Origin: Eledone cirrhosa
Lineage: Eukaryota
Direction of reading: 5' to 3'
DNA length: 64,000 bases
Assembly: GCA_964016885.1 (NCBI GenBank)
Contig: OZ024743.1
Location: 113,646,001 to 113,710,000, forward strand
Shown piece by piece: positions 54,141-64,000 of this stretch. Under the pieces are notes generated by a model. The model had not been told where the DNA came from. It saw only the letters and a program-made list of their open reading frames with translations, and made no database searches. The position numbers and the translations under genes were made by a program. Positions within the stretch are counted from its first letter, which is position 1. The number at the start of each line of letters is the position of its first letter.

Positions 54141-56203
54141 CAGAAAGAATGTTTTGCAGCATTCGTGTTGGCACTCTGCACTCTCTGAGTTCAAATACCA
54201 CCGAGCTCAAGTGTGTCTTCCTTCCTTTTGAGGTCGATAAAAATAGCAGTAAGGAGTACTAATATTTCTTCGAATCTGTCATGGCTTACTAGCTCTATAC
54301 GTACGGACGTTTAAATTGAATAAATAAATAAAATAGCAGTTCTGTACTGCTACTCTTTCTTTCTGGACACAGCCAATTTCTTTTAGAGAAAGAAAGAATA
54401 ATGTGTTCAGAACTGGAGAGAGCGTGGGCTCCGCAAGTTTAAAGTGCCCCAGTTACACCATATATCATAAAGGCACTCCTATGACCCCATCAGGATTTAC
54501 ACGTAAATGATTTCATACACTGAGCTCACTAATAAATATATATAATTATGTAGGCTTATCTATGGTGTACAATTTTGTAATTTCAATACATTTTGTCCTA
54601 AAATGTTTAAGGGTTTTAGTTATTGAGGGGAAAGCAGTGGTAATAACCCTGTATAGGGGATCTTCTGAGACTGGAAATTTTCTGAAAGCTAAAAGCAATG
54701 CCATGCCATGCAATGCCACATGAATTTGACAAATTTGGGAGTTATGTAACCAACAAATGTCATAGACATTGCTCCTTCTTCTTACTACTACTACTTCTAC
54801 CACCACCAGTATATCCCGTAAGGATGAAAGACAAACCTAAGCTCGGCGGGATTTCAACTCAGAACGTAAATAATAATAATAATAATCAATTTATGAAAAT
54901 AATATATCATTTAATGGTACACAACACAGATATTAATTGTGAAAAATGCATGAAACATGCACACACATGTACATAAAGTAAAACACACTCACTCATATAA
55001 AATAATAAACACACACACACAAAGTAAAACACATAGACACACATAAAGTGACATGGACACATGTATGCGCACACGTGTACACCCACTCACGTTAAGACAT
55101 ACATATATGTACACACACACACACACCTACATGTGCACATAAACATACATGTGCACACACTGGATACATAGACATAGATGTGACACAGAATATAAAGTAA
55201 GAAGAGAGTTAATCCTTGAATAATTTGCATATTTTCTATGTGCTGGACACTGCTGGCTCCAAAGATTATTCTAACCAACCATACATGCTACACCATGTGT
55301 CTATTACAGATCAAAAGTATATTTTGAATTGCTACAGAAAACCTTGCCTATGATTAATGATTAGTTTTATCACTTAAGTCTTAAATGTGTTTCATCTTCC
55401 TATTGGACAAGGCAAGGAAGGATTACACTTGATCATGGATTGTAAAAGTATAAAAAAACGAAAACAATAAATATCAGAGAATTTAATTTGTTTAATGTTA
55501 GGAAAACCGACATTCATCATGTCATTATAATAACAGCCAGGGAGGCTACCATGCCTGAGTAGTTAAGATGTTGAGTTGGCAACCATGAGGTTTTGGTTTG
55601 ATCCCACTGTATGGCATATTGACTAATCAAACCTGTCAACTCTTCCTGTCCGATGAGGACATCTCCCACCCACTTTGGGTTGGGTGAGAAATGTTGTCTC
55701 TGGTAAAAATGGGTGTAGCTTTCATTATATAAAATCACCCCATTTGCCGCATTTCTCCCCGTTTTGGGGGCACTCTTTTTCATGGTGCTCACCGTTTGGG
55801 TTTTTAGAAGTTGGCAGGTCTGAGTAATTGTCTTTACTATAGATTTGAGCTAACCCAAAACTTGTGAGTAGATGGAAACTGTGTTGAAACCTGTTGGATG
55901 AATTGTAGCTAAAATTCAAAAGTTCACCATTGTCTTATATCACACCACACAGATTCTGCGTGAGAGTTGCGTTAAGGGTACACATGTCTGTCGAATGCTC
56001 AGCCACTAATAATTCAAAGGTCCAGCCTTGTCATATATCATTTCATTGTGATTCTGCCTGAGAATTGCATTAAGGATTCATATGTTTGTGGAATACTCAA
56101 CCATTTATATGTTAATTCACAAGTCAGGTGGGTTGTTGATTGAAAGATTAAATGCTCATCGTTGAAACCAGAAGAGGTTACATCATAATGACAATAGTAG
56201 CAA

Positions 56204-56373
56204 CAATGCTGAATTTACCATTGTGCTTAGGTGTGCTTAAAGGCAGGGCCCCGCTGGCCGGGGGCACCTTCCTGCCAAACAAATGTTTACGATGAATTTT
56301 TCAAATGTTTTTCAAGTAAGCGGCCTCATGTTTTAACTAGCACAGGGCCTCATTTGTCCCAAATCTGGCACTG
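56204..56373. mobile_element. hAT-type MITE
   Basis: CAATGCTGAATTT...AAATCTGGCACTG; TSD AGTAGCAA/AGTAACAA. Confidence 0.75.
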
Positions 56374-56477
56374 AGTAACAAACAGTTAAAACCAGATATG
56401 AATGACAATACCTCTTTTAGAACTTACATATCTGTAAAAATGTCCACATTCTAACAAATAAAGTTGATGATCTACAT

Positions 56478-56661
56478 CAGGCATGTCAAACTGAGGGTTG
56501 CCCGAGGGTCAGATGGGTCATATATGTGTTGTCTGAGGGCCATACACGACAACTAATTGCACACATTACAGCTAATTTTACCAAGATAAAACATGCTCGT
56601 GCTGTAAAAACCTTTGTAAAGGACCATATGCAGCCCGCGGGCCGCATGTTTGACATGCCTG
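56478..56661. mobile_element. hAT-type MITE, young
   Basis: Perfect 14-bp TIR CAGGCATGTCAAAC; perfect 8-bp TSD ATCTACAT. Confidence 0.93.
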
Positions 56662-57252
56662 ATCTACATGATAAACGATCAACCTGTACATTCTCTAAAG
56701 GGGTCGGTGATAGGAGGGACATCTAGCCATAGAAAAAAAGGTGATTGCGAGCATGTCGGAGGTCAGATTAGTTGAAAACACACAAAAAAACACACACACA
56801 CACACACACACAAAAAAAAAAACAAAAAACAAACTAGGAAAACATTTTTTCTTCACGATCCTTAGCGAGTACTTTTCTATAGATTAAAAAGTCTGGGAGG
56901 TGCTTATCTGTAACTCTGAGGGATCCCCTCCCTCGCCTCCAGTTTTGGAAAAAAAAGGAGTCATTGACGAGTGACTCGGATGTCAGACAGGTCGACAGCA
57001 AACGAAAAAAACTAGAAAAGAAACATTCCCATTAAAGAAATCTCCAGGTCTGGGATTTACCCAGGGTTCCAGGTGCCCGTACCCCCTTCCGTTTTCGGAG
57101 AAAAAGTCGATTGCGAGCGTTTTCGGGATATAGGTTAGTTGAGATCACACGGAAAACCTTATTACCAATTTTATTGAGCGTTATTAGCAGTCAATGTACA
57201 AACTTCCTTTTTATAAGAAAAAAAAACTCTCTCTGTGTATTTCTCTAAATAA

Positions 57253-57878
57253 CGTTTCTACTTTTGGCACACGGCCAGCAATTACCCCAGTGCATTACTG
57301 GTGCTTTATTTTATCGACCCCGTAAGGATAAAAGGCAAAGTTAACCTCGGCGGAATTTGAACGCAGAACGTAAAGGGACTCAACTCTATACTGCGAAGCA
57401 TGATGTCTGACGTTCTAACGATACTACCAATAACAACAACAATTATCTGTCAGTATCGGTAGAGGGTCGGACACTGTTTTGACGCATAGAGTTACGTCCC
57501 TTGCCATTCTGAGTTCAAATCGCGCCTTTCATCCTTACGGGGTCGATAAAATAAAGTACCAGTAATACACTGGAATAATTGCTGGCCTTGTGCCAAAAGT
57601 AGAAACAATTATAGTGAAATACTTTTTTTTTAAGTCTGTGTTGCATTGTTGGACATACAGAAACACACACATGAACAAAATAATGGTATTATTGTGGATT
57701 GGCAGTATCGGTAGAGGGTCGGACGCCATGCTTTGCAGCACAGTTACGTCCCTTTATGGTCTAAGTTCAAATCCCGCCGAGGTTAACTTTGTCTTTCATC
57801 CTTACGGGGTCGATAAAATAAAGTACCAGTAATACACTGGAATAATTTCTGGCCTTGTGCCAAAAGTAGAAACAATTA
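57253..57878. mobile_element. Cluster of three SINE-A copies (57253-57430 minus; 57450-57610 and 57693-57878 plus)
   Basis: SINE-A core present in each copy. Confidence 0.9.
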
Positions 57879-59029
57879 TTTATTTATATATCTCTACGGT
57901 TGTTTCAATGCGGCTGGAGCATCTCATCAATTGTGGGGAGAAACCCCAGATATTATGAGTAAAGTTACTCCATTATAGGTGCCATACTAAAAACTGTATC
58001 TCTTCAGGAAATAATAAAAAATAACAATAAATTGATTAATATCATAAGACAAATTATCACCATCACAAGCAACATATATACACCTTGACATCTACTGTCC
58101 GCTGTCATCGCCTTCAACACAACCAATACCAGCACTGCCACACCATTCGCTCTCACAGCTCCCACCGATTCTCTCTCCCACACCCAACACTTTATCTATC
58201 AACTCTCCCACCCACTACACACTACTTCAACTTCCGGGATGAGGAGGGGGGACTTCACTCTATTTGACTTCTATGACCATAACTCACACCCTCACTCCCT
58301 AGTCCTATCTTAGAACTCTACCACCACTATCTCCCACACACTTCCTGTGGTTACCTCTCACCCACAGTTCTTTTCTCCTCCACCCCTCAGACACAGCCAC
58401 CATATACACCGGACTTACCTACAAAATCAGACCATACTGGATACGAAAACCCACCCCCATCCGTACACGTACACACGTGCATACACTAATACATGTAGCC
58501 ACACAGTACACACCACTGCCACATACACACACAAGTACGTACACAAAGACACGCAAAATACACAAACACGCACGCATCTATGAATGAATGAGTGCATGCT
58601 TGCGTGTGTATATATGTGTACACACATACATGTGTATATGTGTGATTGTGTACATATTTATGCGTGTACGCACGCACCTGGACACATGTGTACGTACACA
58701 CACACACACTTAACACATACAGCATATGATTCCCACCTATACACAACCATCAACTACATCTGCACCCCTTACCTCGACCCACACGTCTACATGTCGGACC
58801 CCCGCCCCCCCCTAACTCTTCCTCATCTTCTCTGGTTTTTATTTTCAATTTATTTTATTTGTTTTGCGTTTTTCCTTTTCTGTAATAATTCTTTTTATTC
58901 TACACTCTGAACTCTGCTGTTCCTGATGAAGGACAAATAGCTGACACGTTGACTGTTTAACTCTCTTTCTTTTAAGCGTGAAACTAATAAGACTTTATGT
59001 TAATATATCCTTTTCGTTGTTTGTGTATT

Positions 59030-59087
<58 letters not shown>

Positions 59088-59167
59088 TATCCAAACGGAA
59101 CCTGAACCGATAAGGTCTGATAAGGTCTGGTTTCTTGGGTATGTCACTATTTATAAAACAAATTTTG

Positions 59168-59231
59168 TATTTTATCTGATGAGGGCGTATCAAAGTTTTT
59201 TTGGTACCCTTGAAATATATATAATAAAATA
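59168..59231 (+). ncRNA. Type I hammerhead motif, family HH-B (best copy)
   Basis: tattttat-CTGATGA-gggcgtatcaaag...ttttggtaccctt-GAAA-tatata-TA-ataaaata; perfect 8-bp stem I. Confidence 0.8.
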
Positions 59232-59274
59232 AATATCGTTTTATAAATATAGTTTCCATTTATTAATAGCATTG

Positions 59275-59319
<45 letters not shown>

Positions 59320-59320
<1 letters not shown>

Positions 59321-59665
59321 GGTTGTCCCCCGGTATTCGCAGGGGATTACATGCCTACAGCACCTGCGAAGAGTGAAAAACCGCGAATCTTGGACGTGGT
59401 CTATAAACGTCAAAATATAACGTAAAATGAATAAAAAAAAAAAGGGCGCGTCATATGCGAAGGAGCGTCCAATAGGCCGGCAAATACAGTATATTGTTAT
59501 TAATAGCGTTAAAAAATAAATATTGCCACGAAAAAAGCCATTAAAAAATCACGGAAGATATTTACGATTCCGCGAATATGCGGTGGTTTCCACAAACAAT
59601 TATTAGTAGGTTCTGAGGAAAATTCCGCGAATAACCGGGACCGCGAACGGCGGAGGTACACACTG
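59320..59665. mobile_element. Tigger/pogo-like non-autonomous DNA transposon
   Basis: TA|CGGTTGTCCCCCG...CGGAGGTACACACTG|TA with recurrent CCGCGAA subterminal motifs. Confidence 0.7.
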
Positions 59666-59698
59666 TATATTTTATTCAGTCACTAATACATATTCACT

Positions 59699-59746
<48 letters not shown>

Positions 59747-59832
59747 GAAAAATTGAACAGGGACAGAACAGAGAGGCAGTACGACAAATGTTTATTAAAT
59801 TCATGCTCAGGAGAGTGGGGGGTAGGTGGGGG

Positions 59833-59866
59833 ACGACGTTTCGGGCATAAGCCCTTCTTCAGGTGA
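59833..59866 (-). ncRNA. Minimal hammerhead motif in a Penelope-like 3' end remnant (about 59742-60215)
   Basis: ac-CTGAAGA-a-gggc ttat gccc-GAAA-cg-TC-gt; weak stem I; followed by AATAAA and (TA)n. Confidence 0.7.
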
Positions 59867-60229
59867 GAGTTCAAAAGGTGTGTAGGGGAGTGGTGGAGAG
59901 ACATATAGCGAAAGGAAACGGTGCGAATGAAAAATTGACAAATAAAGACAAAAATATAATAAATAATAAATAAAAATAAAGCATGATCAAAATACAAGGA
60001 ATGAGAACATTTAAAAATAAAGGCATGATCAAAATAAACTGAAATTAAAAGGGGGGTAAACAGGTGGTGGAAGGGTGTGGGGTGAGTAGAGGTGGTGGCG
60101 GGTGGAGTGGGGAGAGAGAGACGGGGTGTCCGAGTGGGGAGGGCTGAAGGTGGTGTGTGTGGTTAGGTGTGCGTGTGTGTGTGTGTGTGTGTATGTGAAA
60201 GTGAGGGTTGGGGAAGAACATATATACAC

Positions 60230-60260
<31 letters not shown>

Positions 60261-60323
60261 TATATATATATACACACATATATATATATACATATATATA
60301 TATATATGTATACACACGCATAT

Positions 60324-60420
<97 letters not shown>

Positions 60421-60435
60421 CACATATATATATAT

Positions 60436-60510
<75 letters not shown>

Positions 60511-60517
60511 TATATAT

Positions 60518-60567
<50 letters not shown>

Positions 60568-61115
60568 ACACACGCATATACACATATATATATATGAGTG
60601 TGTGTGTGTGTGTGTATGTATATATATTACAAATATGTGTGTGTGTGTGTGAATATATAATAGCTGTGGCATACAAAAGACAATAATTAGTGTCTGCTTA
60701 ACTTTCAATGTTCTTTGCTAATTAATGAACTAAAAAAAACCATGACATTTTTAATACTTACTTCCTTGAACAATTACTATTCTTTGCCCCCTTTTTTCTT
60801 TTCCCATGTTCCAAATTTCATAGTGTAGGACATCATGCATACATTTTGACTGTCTTAGTAATAGCATTCACAAAAATATAGGTCAGCTTGCTTATATATC
60901 ATCTAATGTTCATTTGTTGCCTACATTAGCATTATATTTGTTTGATTTCTTTACTGTATGATTGATAATAGCTTCGTTGGTTACAGGTTTTCAGTGTGTC
61001 ACTGGTCTTGCAATAATTGGTTCACTATATATTTGACTGCGGGAATAACAAGGGAATACCTGTAATTTGGTTTACTTCGTTAGAGAACATTGATTGTTTT
61101 GCTAATCACCTTTAA

Positions 61116-61323
61116 CCCTTTAGCATTTAAACCGGCCGTATTTGGCCAGAATTCTCTCACCTCTTACTGTTCAAACCGGTCATAACCGGCCACTTATATC
61201 GACGTTACGGTATTGTTCTCGAAATAAATAATATCAAAATCTCATAGATTCAATATTATGTGAGGTAAAGCCTTTATTGTGAAAATACAATTGTAAATAT
61301 AGAGTAATGTAAACGCCAAAGGG
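61116..61323. mobile_element. piggyBac-type MITE
   Basis: TTAA|CCCTTTAGCATTT...AAACGCCAAAGGG|TTAA. Confidence 0.88.
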
Positions 61324-61510
61324 TTAATCATGTGGCCTAGTGGTTAGGATGTTGGACTTATGATTATAATGTCATGGGTTTGATTCCTAGACCAGGTTGT
61401 GCATTGTGTTTTCATGGGTGGTGAAAGAATGTCTGAATTGGGAAGATAGTGCAAATTTGGTCAATTTAGTTGTAGGGATTAATTTAGCTGTTATTATCAA
61501 ATAACAACCA

Positions 61511-61695
61511 GTGGATTGGCAGTATCAGTAGAGGGTCGGACGCCATGCTTTCCAGCATAGTTACGTCCCTTTACGATCTGAGTTCAAATCCCGCCGAGGT
61601 TGACTTTGCCTTTCATCCTTACGGGGGTCGATAAAATAAAGTACCAGTAATGCACTGGGTAATTGCTGGCCTTGTGCCTAAAGTAGAAACAATTA
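61511..61695 (+). mobile_element. SINE-A, well-preserved copy
   Basis: Head, GAGTTCAAATC B-box, core and GTAGAAACAATT end. Confidence 0.9.
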
Positions 61696-61939
61696 TCAAA
61701 TAACAACCAAGATATATAAAAAAATAAAAAATTCGATATGTGATAAACATATCATGTACATAAATAGTAGCGCATATACAAATAGATGTGTGTTTTGGTA
61801 GTTTGGGGAGAGAAATATGATTATGAGGGGGCACCTGTCCCCCCCCCCTCCTCCTCCAGGTAAGGGTGCTAGACATGATCATAAAGCTGTATCTCCCCGA
61901 GAATTACATTGAAGCGTACACATGCTGAATCTCCCATCA

Positions 61940-62051
61940 ATTGAAGAATAAATAGAATTTAGAATAACTAATTTCTATATTACATGTTTTACTTTCTTCT
62001 CGTATATAAATAATACTATCATACCCGGGCAGCGTCGGGTACCTCTGCTAG
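61940..62051 (+). mobile_element. Helitron 3' end (same family as 18812)
   Basis: ACCCGGGCAGCGTCGGGT hairpin plus CTAG|T; the upstream 80 bp match the reverse complement of 18841-18915. Confidence 0.75.
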
Positions 62052-62372
62052 TATCTTATATATGTTATAATTAATTGCTTAGAGGATTTTAGTTGATCAA
62101 AATTTTCCAATCTATTACATTACATATGTGACACTCTACCAGGTTTGCATTAGTATACAGACCTCTCGGTCATAACCAGTACCACTACAATACTCAATCC
62201 CCTCATCCCTCTCTCCCCTCCCCATCTCCCCCCCCCTCTCTCTCTATATATATATATATAGAGAGAGAGAGGAGATACATATGTGTGAATATATATATAG
62301 AGAGAGAAAGAGAGAAGAGATACATATGTGTGTATGTATGTATGTATGTATGTATGTATGTATGTATGTATG

Positions 62373-62504
<132 letters not shown>

Positions 62505-62771
62505 TGTATATGAAGACATATATAATGAACGTATGGGTGGCTTTGCTGCCGAAGAAAAATATGTATCCAATTAAATATGTATATATATGTAGCATATATG
62601 TGTATGATGATGATGATGTATACATATATGTATCTATGTTTATATCATCACGATCATCATCAATCTTACACGTATTTTCCTTTCTTGCATTGGGTAATGG
62701 GTTGTAAGTCTTGCGACTAGACAAAACAAGTGAGATGACTGTGTTTTACTCATACATTCCATTTAGGTACG

Positions 62772-64000
62772 ATGTATGTGGCTGGATGCCCTTCCGAACA
62801 CCAATCACTTCATAGCATATATCAGGTTTGTTTTCTCATGGCATCAGTAGGGACGATGGAAGCATTTCTGTATGTGACTGGATGTCCTTCCTAACACCAA
62901 TCACTTCATAGCATATATCAGGTTTGTTTTCTCATGGCATTAATAGGGGCGATTGGAGCATTTCTGTATGTGACTGGATGTCCTTCCTAACACCAATCAC
63001 TTCATAGCATATATCAGGTTTGTTTTCTCATGGCATTAATAGGGGCGATTGGAGCATTTCTGTATGTGACTGGATGTCCTTCCTAACACCAATCACTTCA
63101 TAGCATATATCAGGTTTGTTTTCTCATGGCATTAATAGGGGCGATTGGAGCATTTCTGTATGTGGCTGGATGTCCTTCCTAACACCAATCACTTCATAGC
63201 ATATATCAGGTTTGTTTTCTCATGGCATTAATAGGGGCGATTGGAGCATTTCTGTATGTGACTGGATGTCCTTCCTAACACCAATCACTTCATAGCATAT
63301 ATCAGGTTTGTTTTCTCATGGCATTAATAGGGGCGATTGGAGCATTTCTGTATGTGACTGGATGTCCTTCCTAACACCAATCACTTCATAGCATATATCA
63401 GGTTTGTTTTCTCATGGCATTAATAGGGGCGATTGGAGCATTTCTGTATGTGACTGGATGTCCTTCCTAACACCAATCACTTCATAGCATATATCAGGTT
63501 TGTTTTCTCATGGCATCAGTAGGGGCGATGGAAGCATTTCTGTATGTGACTGGATGTCCTTCCTAACACCAATCACTTCATAGCATATATCAGGTTTGTT
63601 TTCTCATGGCATTAATAGGGGCGATTGGAGCATTTCTGTATGTGACTGGATGTCCTTCCTAACACCAATCACTTCATAGCATATATCAGGTTTGTTTTCT
63701 CATGGCATTAATAGGGGCGATTGGAGCATTTCTGTATGTGACTGGATGTCCTTCCTAACACCAATCACTTCATAGCATATATCAGGTTTGTTTTCTCATG
63801 GCATCAGTAGGGGCGATGGAAGCATTTCTGTATGTGACTGGATGTCCTTCCTAACACCAATCACTTCATAGCATATATCAGGTTTGTTTTCTCATGGCAT
63901 CAGTAGGGACGATGGAAGCATTTCTGTATGTGACTGGATGTCCTTCCTAACACCAATCACTTCATAGCATATATCAGGTTTGTTTTCTCATGGCATCAGT
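62772..64000. repeat. 96-bp satellite, at least 12.8 units, running off the window
   Basis: Period 96 (63061 to 63157); the unit contains CTGGATGTCCTTCCTAACACCAATCAC, the antisense SINE/RTE domain. Confidence 0.97.

Noticed and set aside
56740-57180. Degenerate repeats with GATTGCGAGC...TTAGTTGA motif
   Set aside because: Probably internal repeats of a DNA element, but no ends or family could be supported.
58920-58990. Hammerhead at CTGATGAAGG after a C-rich PLE-like 3' region
   Set aside because: No stem II partner before the next GAAA.

Overview
AT-rich, repeat-saturated animal genomic DNA. The (TA)n/(CA)n load and the SINE and RTE repertoire point to a cephalopod, probably octopus, but this is inference. 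No intact host gene is visible, and nearly all long ORFs in the track are microsatellite translation artefacts. The window holds 5'-truncated RTE-clade LINEs whose reverse transcriptase carries an inserted PHD-type zinc finger, one older RTE fragment, a Penelope-like element remnant with a GIY-YIG ORF, a CRE-clade endonuclease fragment and two Helitron 3' ends. It also holds three tRNA-derived SINE families, piggyBac, hAT, Tc1-mariner and pogo MITEs (several with target-site duplications), and 48-96 bp minisatellites. The most notable signal is non-coding: about 14 type I hammerhead ribozyme motifs (CUGANGA...GAAA...NUH) from several families, on both strands and mostly beside (TA)n tracts. 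Three lie in ORF-less 414-552 bp units built as 'monomer + partial direct repeat', two of them with a 5' inverted piece; a fourth copy has only the inversion. This suggests a non-autonomous retrozyme / mini-Penelope system, with a hammerhead-bearing GIY-YIG element in the same window as a possible partner. Long fold-backs and a tentative chain of decayed, phase-compatible exons are also noted. All coordinates and folds were read by eye.
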